DNA of 64,000 bases from an uncultured Prevotellaceae bacterium (GTDB lineage Bacteria > Bacillota_I > Bacilli_A > RFN20 > CAG-288): NCBI GenBank assembly GCA_963653505.1, contig CAVJWL010000003.1, forward strand, positions 2,403 through 66,402, written 5' to 3'. The stretch's first letter is position 1, and each line of letters begins with the position of its first letter. This document shows positions 9,598 through 19,983 of the stretch, piece after piece. The notes beneath the pieces were generated by a model that worked only from the letters and a program-made list of their open reading frames with translations, was not told where the DNA came from and searched no databases. The translations under genes and the position numbers were made by a program.

Positions 9598-11151
9598 TTA
9601 TCTTTGCTCCTCTTCCATCAATTTAAGAGTTCTTTTTGCAGCAGTTCTTCCATTGCTACAAGCGACTGCCATACCATCTCCAGAAGCTGAGGCTGCACAA
9701 GCAAAAGCTAAGCCTTTGATATAATCTTGTTTATTTAAATCATTTGTTCTAGCTACAACACTGTCATCCATATAATGTTGATATCCATAAATTCCACCCA
9801 AATAATCATTGGTGAAATGAGAGATTGTCACTGGTGTTTCTATTTCAATATTTATGATATGGTCTATCAAGTTGACACCAAGTCTATTTGAAACATCATC
9901 TAACATTTGTTTTGCTATTTTGCATTTAGTCTCATAATAATCATCTGGTTTTACGTCATAAAAACAATCTGACATCGGTAAAGCGGTTATATTTAAAGAT
10001 GTGCATCCTTTTTTTACACCATCAGGATTTGCTAGATTTAAACAAATAGTAGTCAGATAACTCCAATTTCCAAGTTGATATCCTTCATCAAAATATTTCT
10101 TAGAATCAAATATGCCTTTTCCAGAGAAAACTGAATAATCTTTAATTCCTAATTGTTCAGGCGTTTGATCTAATTGGATGACCAAAGAAAAACAAGAAAC
10201 AGACATTTTTCGGCTGTTGACATACTTAAAGGCTTCCTTTTTAACTTCAGATTTTGGTTCAATCATCTTGTGATACATCGTATTTGGATAAACACCAGAA
10301 ATGATATAATCACTAAAAACTTCTGTCCCACCTTTCGTTCTTATCCCATATGTATGTCCATTTTTTACCAATAATTTTTCAACTTCTATTCCGTATTCTA
10401 TCTGAACACCTAAATCAAAACATTTTTCAGCCATCGCGACTGACATCTCATGAGAAAATCCTCTAGCGACATAACTACCACCATACATATAATCTCCCAT
10501 CAGATATGCATATATTGTAAAAGGTAAATCATCTATTGGACTACCAACATAAATATAATAAGCTGATAATATATCAACAACTTCTTTTGGTAATTCAAAT
10601 TTGGAAATAACTTCTTTTGCTGAATAACCACATGTCATAACAAGTTCTTTGTGTTGTTTTAAAAGTTCGGACTTGCTCATATTTTCTAAATCTAAATTAT
10701 CAACTGACCTACAGACTTTCAAACAAAAATTTAAAAGTTCATCAACTTTTTCTTTTGTATTTGGATACTGTGCTTCAATTTCATCTGCACAAACCCAGTG
10801 TCCATTTTTATCTCTTCCAGCATGAAGAGTTATATCGATATTTTCTTCAGGAACGCAAATACGATATGCCTCTGGCACTTTTTTCCAATCGATATCAATT
10901 CCAACTTCATCAAAAAAGCTTCTCAATTTCAACGGGTCTTCTTCGCTTCCAATTGACATCATTTCATGAAGTGCGCCTTCCATTTCTTGACCGTTTCTAA
11001 CAAAGGAAGTAGCAATGCCGCCTGGAAGATTATGTCTTTCTAAAATCAATACTTTTTTCCCATTTCTAGCTAAATCAATGGCCGCTGACATACCAGCTAA
11101 CGCCCCACCTATAACGATGACATCGTATTTATCTTGAAAATATTTTGACAT
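9598..11151 (-). CDS. Phytoene-desaturase/CrtI-family NAD(P)/FAD-dependent oxidoreductase
   Basis: YDVIVIGGALAGMSAA dinucleotide-binding motif and about 517 aa. ATG at 11151 is preceded by GAGGTGA; the track's 11178 start adds 9 aa. Confidence 0.65.
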   Translation of the reverse strand: MSKYFQDKYDVIVIGGALAGMSAAIDLARNGKKVLILERHNLPGGIATSFVRNGQEMEGALHEMMSIGSEEDPLKLRSFFDEVGIDIDWKKVPEAYRICVPEENIDITLHAGRDKNGHWVCADEIEAQYPNTKEKVDELLNFCLKVCRSVDNLDLENMSKSELLKQHKELVMTCGYSAKEVISKFELPKEVVDILSAYYIYVGSPIDDLPFTIYAYLMGDYMYGGSYVARGFSHEMSVAMAEKCFDLGVQIEYGIEVEKLLVKNGHTYGIRTKGGTEVFSDYIISGVYPNTMYHKMIEPKSEVKKEAFKYVNSRKMSVSCFSLVIQLDQTPEQLGIKDYSVFSGKGIFDSKKYFDEGYQLGNWSYLTTICLNLANPDGVKKGCTSLNITALPMSDCFYDVKPDDYYETKCKIAKQMLDDVSNRLGVNLIDHIINIEIETPVTISHFTNDYLGGIYGYQHYMDDSVVARTNDLNKQDYIKGLAFACAASASGDGMAVACSNGRTAAKRTLKLMEEEQR

Positions 11152-11306
11152 ATTAATCACCTCAGAAATATTATACAAAATTACATTAATTTCTTCTTTT
11201 ATTTTTTGAATTGAAAGGGCTTTTTCATTGTTTAATTCTTCAATATTATTTAAACTATGTTCAATCTCTTTTCCTTCTTTTTGTGTGCTGCTTTGGAGGT
11301 ATATTA

Positions 11307-14072
11307 ATGTTAAAGCTAGATAAAATTGTCAAAACTTACAAAACCGCAGATATGGAAGTTTACGCCCTTAAAGGTATATCTTTATGTTTTAGAAAAAATG
11401 AATTTGTTTCTATTTTAGGACCTTCAGGTTGTGGTAAAACAACAACTTTAAATATCATCGGGGGATTAGACCATTATACAAGCGGTGATTTGATTATCAA
11501 CGGTATTTCTACTAATGAATTCAAAGACCATGATTGGGACGTCTATAGAAATCATAAAATCGGTTTTATCTTTCAAGCTTATAATTTAATTCCACATGAA
11601 AATATCCTTGAAAATGTTGAATTAGCTTTGATGATTTCTGGAATCGGTAAAGAAGAAAGAGAAAAGAAAGCTAAAGAAGCTTTGGATAAAGTTGGTTTAA
11701 AAGGCCTCTATAAGAAAAAGCCAAATGAATTATCAGGTGGTCAATGCCAAAGAGTTGCTATAGCAAGAGCTTTAGTCAATGAACCAGATATTCTTTTAGC
11801 TGATGAACCAACCGGTGCTTTAGACAGTGTTACCTCTATTCAAATCATGGAGCTTATCAAGGAAATTTCCAAAGAGAAGTTAGTTATTATGGTTACACAT
11901 AATCCCGAGCTAGCTCAGAAATATTCTACCCGTATTATAGAATTATTAGATGGAAATGTAGTCAAGGATTCTATGCCTTATTCAGCCCAAGAGGAAGCTA
12001 ACGAAAGATTGAATGTTTCCGCAAAAACAGAAGAGGAACTTCGAAAAGAAAAAGCTAAGATGTCTTGGCTCACTGCTTTCAAACTTTCTAGCAAAAATTT
12101 ATGGTCGAAAGCTAAAAGAACTGCGATGACAATCGTCGCTGCTAGCATCGGTATTGTTGGTGTCTCTGCTGTCTTATCAATCCGTGGTGGTGTCACTAAT
12201 TATATAGCCAGCATGCAGGATGAAATGCTATCTGGAAATCCGATTACTGTCAGTTCATCATCATTTGATCTTTCAAGTTTGATTTCTCAAATGGGATTGA
12301 TTGACCAAACATCAACAATTAAAGAATCTGCTAAAGATGGATATATCAATGTCGATTTTGTCACTGAGAGATTGATTAACTCCGCTAAAACTATGGGATC
12401 AGCGATGATTCAAAATGATATAACTGAAGATTATGTTCATTATGTTGAAAAAATGCCAAGCGAATATTATCAAGATATCAAATACAATTATGGTATTGAT
12501 ATAAGCAATAATATCTATACGGCTGAAACAAGAGATAATCCAGATGAGACTAGTGAAGAATTGACTGAGACATATTCTTTATCGGGTATTCGTGCTTTGG
12601 CTACTGCAGTATTAGAAAAGAAATTATCTGAAACAGGATATGGCTCCTATGGTTCAATGATTCAAACTTTCTCAAGCGATTTCATGCAATCAATTAATAA
12701 TACTGATTATCTTTTATCTCAATATGATATTGTCCAAGGAAAAGTCGCTTCAGAAGCTGATGAAATAATGATTGTTTTAGATTCAAATGATGCCGTAACA
12801 GATTTCTTATTGACATTGCTTGGATACTATTCTCAAAAAGATTTCTTAAATGTTGTATATCATTTCAATACTGATGATGACGGGACTCATGATGAGCATT
12901 GGAATGAAGAAACTGAAAAATCTTATCAAGAAAAAAGACAATTAGCCATCGATAGCTTGATAAATAAAAGATTTGTATATTATCCAAATGACACTATTTA
13001 TAAGCGCAAAAGCGGTTCTGAATCAATACTAAGTCCATTCGATTATTCTTATAAAGAAGATTCGTCTTGGACAAATGGTTATGAATTAAAAATTGTCGGC
13101 GTCTTAAAACCAAAAGCGAATAGACAATATACAACTTTGAGTTCTGGTTTCTACTATACACCTAAGTTCACTCAAAAATTCATTGATGATAATTCCGATT
13201 CTTTCTTTACAGAATATGTGAGAAATCACAAAGATTCAACATCATCAAGCACAGGTTCATTATCAAGCGGAGAAGTCAAAACAAATGCTTCATCTCAAAC
13301 GATAAGGATGGGTGTTTATTACACATTCGATTATAAATTAGAAGGAACTGTTTATAAAGATAATTATGCTTATTTAGGAAAAAGCAATAATTCGATAAGT
13401 TCGTTATTTTCTGCCTTTATGGGAAGCAGTTCCTTATCAACGATCACTTGTAGACAATTAGGTGGTGAAAGCTTACCTTCTTCGATATATTTCTATCCGA
13501 ATTCATTCAATGATAAGTATTTAGTCACTAATTATTTAGATGCTTGGAATAATGAAGGAACGATAACTACTAATGGAAAAGATTTGACTAAAGAAGATCG
13601 CAATGAAATAAAATACACTGATAATTTATCGGTGGTAATATCAATGATAAATAATATCATCGATATAGTTTCTATCTCTTTAATCGCTTTTACCGCACTA
13701 TCGCTGATAGTCTCAACTGTCATGATTGCTATCATCACATATGTATCTGTAATGGAGCGTATAAAAGAGATCGGTGTCATTAGATCTTTAGGTGGTAGAA
13801 AGAAAGATGTTTCTCACTTATTCAACGCTGAAACCTTGATTATTGGAGCTCTATCTGGATTATTCGGTATCATTGTAACATACATAATTCAAATCATCTT
13901 AAATATAATAATACACGCTAATTTCCCAGCGATTGGAGCTATCGCAAGTCTTTCTCCATTATCGGCTATAATCATCATTTTAATTTCTATATTACTCACA
14001 ACAATTGCTGGTTTGATTCCAGCAAGCAGCGCAGCTAGAAAAGATCCTGTCACTGCCCTTAGAACAGAATAA
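11307..14072 (+). CDS. Fused ABC transporter ATPase plus FtsX/MacB-type permease with a very large extracytoplasmic domain
   Basis: GGAGG then ATG at 11307. [17 protein letters not shown] and LLADEPT motifs, then a TM segment, a ~500-aa loop and a C-terminal FtsX-like TM bundle. The track's 11211 start is an unsupported extension. Confidence 0.8.
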   Translation: MLKLDKIVKTYKTADMEVYALKGISLCFRKNEFVSILGPSGCGKTTTLNIIGGLDHYTSGDLIINGISTNEFKDHDWDVYRNHKIGFIFQAYNLIPHENILENVELALMISGIGKEEREKKAKEALDKVGLKGLYKKKPNELSGGQCQRVAIARALVNEPDILLADEPTGALDSVTSIQIMELIKEISKEKLVIMVTHNPELAQKYSTRIIELLDGNVVKDSMPYSAQEEANERLNVSAKTEEELRKEKAKMSWLTAFKLSSKNLWSKAKRTAMTIVAASIGIVGVSAVLSIRGGVTNYIASMQDEMLSGNPITVSSSSFDLSSLISQMGLIDQTSTIKESAKDGYINVDFVTERLINSAKTMGSAMIQNDITEDYVHYVEKMPSEYYQDIKYNYGIDISNNIYTAETRDNPDETSEELTETYSLSGIRALATAVLEKKLSETGYGSYGSMIQTFSSDFMQSINNTDYLLSQYDIVQGKVASEADEIMIVLDSNDAVTDFLLTLLGYYSQKDFLNVVYHFNTDDDGTHDEHWNEETEKSYQEKRQLAIDSLINKRFVYYPNDTIYKRKSGSESILSPFDYSYKEDSSWTNGYELKIVGVLKPKANRQYTTLSSGFYYTPKFTQKFIDDNSDSFFTEYVRNHKDSTSSSTGSLSSGEVKTNASSQTIRMGVYYTFDYKLEGTVYKDNYAYLGKSNNSISSLFSAFMGSSSLSTITCRQLGGESLPSSIYFYPNSFNDKYLVTNYLDAWNNEGTITTNGKDLTKEDRNEIKYTDNLSVVISMINNIIDIVSISLIAFTALSLIVSTVMIAIITYVSVMERIKEIGVIRSLGGRKKDVSHLFNAETLIIGALSGLFGIIVTYIIQIILNIIIHANFPAIGAIASLSPLSAIIIILISILLTTIAGLIPASSAARKDPVTALRTE

Positions 14073-14077
14073 AATGT

Positions 14078-14108
14078 GCTTCTTTGGCAAAACCAAAGAA
14101 GCTTTTTT
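14078..14108. terminator. Bidirectional rho-independent terminator between convergent genes
   Basis: gcttctttgg-caaaa-ccaaagaagc perfect 10-bp stem followed by TTTTTT. Confidence 0.75.
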
Positions 14109-14802
14109 ATTTAATAACTTTAAGTTCGATAACTTTCACAACATTCTCGACAACTTGAAATTGAATGTGATATTTTGAAAATTCAAAAGCGAATAATTCA
14201 TCGTGCTTATATCCAGGACGAGGATCTTGAGATAATATACTTTCGATTTTTTTAATATCATCAGTTTCAATGCCTTCTTTTAATTCTTTTGGAATTTCGA
14301 CTTTCAAATTGATGCGTTCTTTTGAAACTGCGTATCCTGATTTTGCCTCAGGAATGCAATCAGAATAACAAAGATATGGTTTGATATCATAAATTGGGGT
14401 TCCATCAACCATATCAGCTCCCTTGACATATATTACTTCTCCTAATCCTTTTTCGGTTTTTATCTCTTGAATTTCAACGACTGAAAAACCTAAGGGATTC
14501 GGTCTATTTGGTGATCTTGAGGCAAAAACTCCGATTTTTTCATTTCCCCCTAGTTTTGGTGGTCTTATCATACTTGACCATTTATCCTCAACTTCGAAAG
14601 AAAATCCCCAAATTAAAATCAGATGAGAAAATTGATCCAATCCTCTCAGTATTCCATCTTTTCTATATTCTTTTTCAAAGATGATTTTCCCTTGCAATTC
14701 AGAGACAATTCCCGATTGTCTTGGAATTCCAAATTTGTTTGGAAAATCAGTTTTTATATAAGCTACCGGTTTAATTACTAGTTGTTTAAAATCACGTTTC
14801 AT
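14107..14802 (-). CDS. trmO: tRNA (N6-threonylcarbamoyladenosine(37)-N6)-methyltransferase TrmO (TsaA/YaeB family)
   Basis: FGIPRQSG, SRSPNRPNPLG and DGTPIYDIKPY motifs. 231 aa. Confidence 0.7.
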   Translation of the reverse strand: MKRDFKQLVIKPVAYIKTDFPNKFGIPRQSGIVSELQGKIIFEKEYRKDGILRGLDQFSHLILIWGFSFEVEDKWSSMIRPPKLGGNEKIGVFASRSPNRPNPLGFSVVEIQEIKTEKGLGEVIYVKGADMVDGTPIYDIKPYLCYSDCIPEAKSGYAVSKERINLKVEIPKELKEGIETDDIKKIESILSQDPRPGYKHDELFAFEFSKYHIQFQVVENVVKVIELKVIK

Positions 14803-14860
14803 ATTTTCTTTTATATCTTTTCCTTACCTTGTATAATAAGACCATTGCGAGGAAAAAACA

Positions 14861-15301
14861 ATGAGACAATTCATGATTTGTAAAGGTTTTGAACAAAATG
14901 ATATCAAATTACCAGAACGTTCAACTAAATTCAGTGCAGGATATGATTTTAAATCTTTAGAAGACTTTGATATAGAACCAAACCAAGTTCATATTTTCAA
15001 AACTGGTGTCAAAGCTAAAATGGATGAGGATGACGTTCTTTTAATTTTTATTCGTTCATCATTAGCTATCAAAAAAGGACTACAACTAGCAAACAATGTT
15101 GCAGTTATCGATGCTGATTATTTTTCAAATCCAGATAATGACGGGCATATTATGATTGCAATAAAAAATACCTCAAACGAGATTGTATCTATCAAAAAAG
15201 GAGATAAAATCGCTCAAGGTATGTTTACAAAATACGAAATAACAATCGATGATAGATCATCCAACGAAAGAACTGGTGGTACCGGTTCTACTGGTAGATG
15301 A
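14861..15301 (+). CDS. dut: dUTP diphosphatase
   Basis: SAGYDF, IRSS, VIDADY, GDKIAQ and C-terminal RTGGTGSTG motifs. 146 aa. Confidence 0.8.
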   Translation: MRQFMICKGFEQNDIKLPERSTKFSAGYDFKSLEDFDIEPNQVHIFKTGVKAKMDEDDVLLIFIRSSLAIKKGLQLANNVAVIDADYFSNPDNDGHIMIAIKNTSNEIVSIKKGDKIAQGMFTKYEITIDDRSSNERTGGTGSTGR

Positions 15302-17824
15302 TTATTCAACACTCTTTAAAGATTCAATCATTTGAATCTTTTTTGTTTTTCTAACTAAAACTAAATTGACAATCAAAGCTACGACAAAAGTTAAAAGGAA
15401 TGAATAGACAAATGATATCGGGTTTATATGAATTAAATATTCGACAAGCTCAACTATATTGGTATTCAGAACTAATGTCAAAAATGGATACCCAAGGGTA
15501 AAACCTAATAAAACACCAACAAAGGTCAAAAGCAAACTTTCAACTAGTAATGATAAGGCTATTTCAAATTTTGAAAATCCCATCACTTTCAAAGTCGCAA
15601 TATCACGCCCGCGTTCTTTGAAATTCATCAATGACAAATTGTATAGAACAACTATAGCTAGAAGTATCGCAAATATTTTGACTGCATTTGTCATTACTTG
15701 AACACTTGATAAAACAGAATCAATCGATTTCTTCCAATCTTTTTGAGTGATAGAACTTGATACATATGATAAAGACGAAATCTTTTGAGATATCTCATTT
15801 GCATCAATTCCATCATTCAATCTGATGTAGGCAGTTGGATATTTAAAATTACCGCAGACATCGCTTAAAAAACTTGCATTTTCATGAATGAAAATCCCGT
15901 GGAAGACAAACGCGTCAAATACGAGCCCAACCTTTGCTTTGTAATTTTTATTATTATATTGAAAGATGATTTCATCACCAACAGATGCATTTGTAACTCT
16001 GCTTACTTTTTGAGAAATAGCTACTTCATCAGTTTTGAAATCAATATGAATAAAATCGCTATTCTGTTGAATTATATAAATATTGCTTGATGTTTGTGGT
16101 CCATTCTCTTTATAAAGATTTGTTTTTGAAGTTATGCTGAGCTCCACATTTTTGATTCCATCAATTTTTGAAATATCGATTAAAGCATCATCTTTCTTTC
16201 TACTGGATTTAAAAGAAACTGTGATATCCGCATTTCTAAAGATTGAAACATCGTGATTGATACCATAGTCGATTGTATCATTGATTCCAAATCCACAAAC
16301 AAGCAAGGCTGTGCATCCCATAACACCAATTAAAACCATCGCTGATTTAACTTGATTGAAGATTATATTTCTGATTCCCATATTGAGAGAAAGAGATAAA
16401 ACTTTCTTATTTCTTTGAGAATTTTTAATTTTAAGTTTAATTTTTGGAGGCTTAGGTCTCATCGACTCAACAGGTTTTAACTTTAATTCCCTTCTTATAA
16501 CTAGATAAGTTACTATTGCAGTGATTGATAAGAATACTAGTGCAGTTAAAAGTCCATAAACCACAGGGAAAGTATATTTTTTACTCGGCAATGAATAAAG
16601 AATTAAATATTTCTTTCCTAAGATATTAGGTATTACTAAAGGTCCGATGATTTCTCCTAATAAAATGCCGATAAAAACCATCGCCATCGAAAGAGAAATA
16701 TAATGCCAGGCGATTTCTCTTTTTGATAATCCAATCGCTTTTAAAGTTCCTATTTGACTTCTTTCTTTTAAAATCATCTGAGATAATGTTGTTAAAATTA
16801 CAAGGATGGCAACTGCAAAAAAAATAAATGGAAATACAAAAGTGAATTGCCTTGCTTGAGTGACATCATTATCTAATGTCACGTAAAAGGGCATATCTTT
16901 CTTTTCTGTGATTAAAACTAAATTATTCACATCCTTTGAATTATAGTATTCTTGAATATTTCTTTTTAAATAGTAAATAGTTTTCTCATCTTTTACCTTT
17001 ATCAAATATTGATTTGGATTGGTCAAAGTTTTGCTATACATCGAAGAAAATCCAAATGATTTTTTTAAAGCATCATAGATAAGATAATGAACCGATTTAT
17101 CAAAATTTTCATCTAAGACACTTTGAAATGCTTTTTTAAATGTCTTATCTGAAATCATGACAATTGATGAATTATAAGATGATTTCGTTATATTTTCTGG
17201 ATGAGAAACAAAGCCTGTCAGAGTAGAAGTTAAGGTCAAAGTTTCTTTTGAAAAAATATTTTCTTTACCATCTAAAACAAAATCATCAAGAGCTTTTGAA
17301 TCGATAGTTCCAAAAGAGGATAGATTAAAAGAAAAAGAGATGGACTGACCAAGTTCATAACTTCCTTGACCATTTGATTTTTTTGTTTTCTTCATCTCTT
17401 TATCAATATAGAAATATTCATCATTCTGGCTTGTTTCTATACTTTCAATTTCACCATAGGGTTTTGAGATTTCTGGTGAATTTTGAGTGACAACCAAATA
17501 AACACTGTGGCCTGGTATTTCACATGGCAAATATAATCTTCCTTCAATTTGATCATCACTTGATAAAAGGGATTGTATTTCATTTAAATCATCTTGATCA
17601 TATTTAGATGTTGTAACCCATAAATCTGGTAAATTACCTTCTTTATAGACTTGATTTACTTGGTTTTCAAAAGCATCTGCGTTGCTTAAAAGACCAACGA
17701 ATAATGTAACTGCAATAGTTCCAATTAAAATAACAGCTAAAAACTGAGTCCACCCTTTTTTCAGTGAACGAAGTGTCATCTTATTCAACAAATGAAATGT
17801 AGATTTATTTTTCATCATTACCAT
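15302..17824 (-). CDS. ABC transporter permease, FtsX/MacB family (two FtsX modules, large extracytoplasmic domains)
   Basis: 840 aa with an N-terminal TM segment, large loops and two clusters of TM helices. Overlaps the upstream ATPase gene by 7 nt. Confidence 0.75.
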   Translation of the reverse strand: MVMMKNKSTFHLLNKMTLRSLKKGWTQFLAVILIGTIAVTLFVGLLSNADAFENQVNQVYKEGNLPDLWVTTSKYDQDDLNEIQSLLSSDDQIEGRLYLPCEIPGHSVYLVVTQNSPEISKPYGEIESIETSQNDEYFYIDKEMKKTKKSNGQGSYELGQSISFSFNLSSFGTIDSKALDDFVLDGKENIFSKETLTLTSTLTGFVSHPENITKSSYNSSIVMISDKTFKKAFQSVLDENFDKSVHYLIYDALKKSFGFSSMYSKTLTNPNQYLIKVKDEKTIYYLKRNIQEYYNSKDVNNLVLITEKKDMPFYVTLDNDVTQARQFTFVFPFIFFAVAILVILTTLSQMILKERSQIGTLKAIGLSKREIAWHYISLSMAMVFIGILLGEIIGPLVIPNILGKKYLILYSLPSKKYTFPVVYGLLTALVFLSITAIVTYLVIRRELKLKPVESMRPKPPKIKLKIKNSQRNKKVLSLSLNMGIRNIIFNQVKSAMVLIGVMGCTALLVCGFGINDTIDYGINHDVSIFRNADITVSFKSSRKKDDALIDISKIDGIKNVELSITSKTNLYKENGPQTSSNIYIIQQNSDFIHIDFKTDEVAISQKVSRVTNASVGDEIIFQYNNKNYKAKVGLVFDAFVFHGIFIHENASFLSDVCGNFKYPTAYIRLNDGIDANEISQKISSLSYVSSSITQKDWKKSIDSVLSSVQVMTNAVKIFAILLAIVVLYNLSLMNFKERGRDIATLKVMGFSKFEIALSLLVESLLLTFVGVLLGFTLGYPFLTLVLNTNIVELVEYLIHINPISFVYSFLLTFVVALIVNLVLVRKTKKIQMIESLKSVE

Positions 17825-18522
17825 TCAATCTCTTCTGGTTTCTTAACATTTTCGTTTATTTCATCAGCAACTATCTTACCATCATTAATTCTGATTATTC
17901 TTTTTGCGCATTCAGCTATTTTTGAATTATGGGTGACAATTATTACTGTTTTTTTGTAATTTATAGAAATATCATATAACAATTTTAAAACTGAAGCTCC
18001 CGTCTTGCTATCCAAAGCTCCTGTCGGTTCATCACATAAGAGCAACAAAGGATTTTTAACAATTGCTCTTGCAATTGCAACTCTTTGTTGTTCTCCACCG
18101 GATAATTGTGATGGAAAATTATTTGCTCTTTTATTCAATCCCACTTGTTCTAATACATTTTTAGGATCTAAAGGATTGATTGAAACTGAGGCTGCTAATT
18201 CTATATTTTCTAAAGCTGTTAAATTTGGCATGAGATTATAAAATTGAAAGACAAAACCAATTTTTTCTCTTCTAAACAAACTTAATTTTTGATTTGAATA
18301 AGATGCGATATCTTCATCTCCGATGTAATAGTTACCTGAGGTTGGTGTATCCATTCCTCCTAAAATATTAAGCAATGTACTTTTCCCAGCTCCTGAATTA
18401 CCTAAAATGACAACAAAACTTCCTTCTTCTAATTGAAAGGAAACATCATTTAAAGCTTTGATTTCATTTTCTTTTCCTTGATTATAAATTTTGCTGAGGT
18501 TATTTATTTTGATTTCGTTCAT
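17818..18522 (-). CDS. ABC transporter ATP-binding protein (MacB/LolD-like)
   Basis: GNSGAGKST, LSGGEQQR and [11 protein letters not shown] motifs. 234 aa. Confidence 0.85.
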   Translation of the reverse strand: MNEIKINNLSKIYNQGKENEIKALNDVSFQLEEGSFVVILGNSGAGKSTLLNILGGMDTPTSGNYYIGDEDIASYSNQKLSLFRREKIGFVFQFYNLMPNLTALENIELAASVSINPLDPKNVLEQVGLNKRANNFPSQLSGGEQQRVAIARAIVKNPLLLLCDEPTGALDSKTGASVLKLLYDISINYKKTVIIVTHNSKIAECAKRIIRINDGKIVADEINENVKKPEEIEW

Positions 18523-18639
18523 TTTGTTTTTATTCCTTGCATTATTATAAGGGATGACTTATGAATTTAAATTATATTTTTTACTATATTTTCACATCCA
18601 AATATCTTAAAATCAAAGCCATTAAATAGAGGTGTTGAA

Positions 18640-19161
18640 ATGAAAGATATATTGGTTGTCGTAGATATGCAAAATGATTTTATCAATGGTTCTTTAGGAA
18701 CAAAAGAAGCCGTTGAAATTGTAAAGATTATCAAAGAAGAAATCTTAAAAAGAAATTCAAGCGATGTCATTTTTACAAAAGATACTCATCATGAAGATTA
18801 TTTAAATACTTCCGAAGGAAAAAATCTTCCAATAATTCATTGCGTTAAAAATACTTTAGGATGGGAATTGAATGATGAAATCAAAGAAGTTCAAAGAGAT
18901 TCTTTAGTCATCGAAAAGCCGACATTCGGATCATATGAATTGATTGATGTCTTAAGCAAACTGATAAATTCAAAAGATGATTCCATCACTTTTGTAGGAT
19001 TATGTACTGATATCTGCGTTATTTCAAATGCTGTTTTAGCAAAAGCTAAATTCTATGAAAATAAAATCGTAGTTTTAAAAGATGCTGTTGCTGGAGTAAC
19101 TCCATTGAAAAATGAAGAAGCACTAGATGTCATGAAATCACTTCAAATCGAGGTCAAATGA
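18640..19161 (+). CDS. Isochorismatase-family cysteine hydrolase (nicotinamidase/pyrazinamidase-like)
   Basis: VVVDMQNDF and GLCTDICV motifs. 173 aa. SD AGAGGTG. Confidence 0.7.
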   Translation: MKDILVVVDMQNDFINGSLGTKEAVEIVKIIKEEILKRNSSDVIFTKDTHHEDYLNTSEGKNLPIIHCVKNTLGWELNDEIKEVQRDSLVIEKPTFGSYELIDVLSKLINSKDDSITFVGLCTDICVISNAVLAKAKFYENKIVVLKDAVAGVTPLKNEEALDVMKSLQIEVK

Positions 19162-19907
19162 TGAAAGCATTGATCACAGGCGGAAGTGATGGCATCGGTA
19201 AAGAATTAGCTATTGAATTATCAAAAAGAGGATATGATTTGATCATTGTCTCAAGAAATGAAGATAAACTATTAGAAATCAAAAACACATGTAGTACTGA
19301 AGTCAGATTCATCTCTAAAGATTTGTCTAAACAAGAAGAATGTTTTGATTTGATCAAACAGATGAAAGACGAAGACATCGATTTATTCATAAATAACGCT
19401 GGATTTGGTGATATCGGAAGATTTGATCAAACATCAACTGAAAAAGAAATCAAAATGGTAGAACTCAACGATATTGCAACATTGATTCTAGTAAAAGCTT
19501 TCTTAAACAAATTCACAAAAGAAAATAAAGGAAGAATATTGATAACAGCATCAGCTAGCAGTTTCGGAGTTGCTGGTTATATGAATGTTTATTATGCAAC
19601 AAAATCATTTGTGTATTCCTTAGCTCACGGATATTATCGAGAATTAAAAGATATGAAAAGCAAAGTTACTATATCTGTATTATGTCCAGGTCAAGTTAAA
19701 ACTTCTTTCGAAGAAAAAGGAAATTTATCATTCAATAAAAAGGCTAGCAATCCTAAATATATAGCAAAATATACAGTTCCAAGATTTCTTAAAGGGAAGT
19801 TTGAAATTGTACCTACCGTGAAAATGAAACTTGCCCATTTCTTATCTCACCTAGTTCCTAAAAAGATGATATCCAAAATTTTAAACAAACAAGCAGAGAT
19901 GAAGTAA
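19158..19907 (+). CDS. Short-chain dehydrogenase/reductase (SDR) family oxidoreductase
   Basis: LITGGSDGIGKE (TGxxxGxG) and YYATK (YxxxK). ATGATGA overlap with the upstream gene. Confidence 0.75.
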   Translation: MMKALITGGSDGIGKELAIELSKRGYDLIIVSRNEDKLLEIKNTCSTEVRFISKDLSKQEECFDLIKQMKDEDIDLFINNAGFGDIGRFDQTSTEKEIKMVELNDIATLILVKAFLNKFTKENKGRILITASASSFGVAGYMNVYYATKSFVYSLAHGYYRELKDMKSKVTISVLCPGQVKTSFEEKGNLSFNKKASNPKYIAKYTVPRFLKGKFEIVPTVKMKLAHFLSHLVPKKMISKILNKQAEMK

Positions 19908-19921
19908 TTCATTCAAATTAA

Positions 19922-19978
19922 AAACCAAAGGTTTTAGTATTCAATATCAAACAATGAATATAACCTTTGGTTTATTTT
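19922..19978. terminator. Bidirectional terminator hairpin between convergent SDR and gpsA genes
   Basis: Arms aaccaaaggtt (19923-19933) and aacctttggtt (19962-19972) with flanking A/T runs. Confidence 0.6.
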
Positions 19979-19983
19979 AATTA

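Noticed and set aside
11211-11306. N-terminal extensions proposed by the ORF track here, and likewise at 35886..36098, 49735..49761, 52299..52391, 53119..53166, 40269..40295, 11152..11178 and 48200..48268.
   Set aside because: In each case an internal ATG is preceded at 6-10 nt by a clear GGAGG-type SD, and the conserved protein begins there. The extensions are hydrophobic or low-complexity read-through of intergenic DNA.
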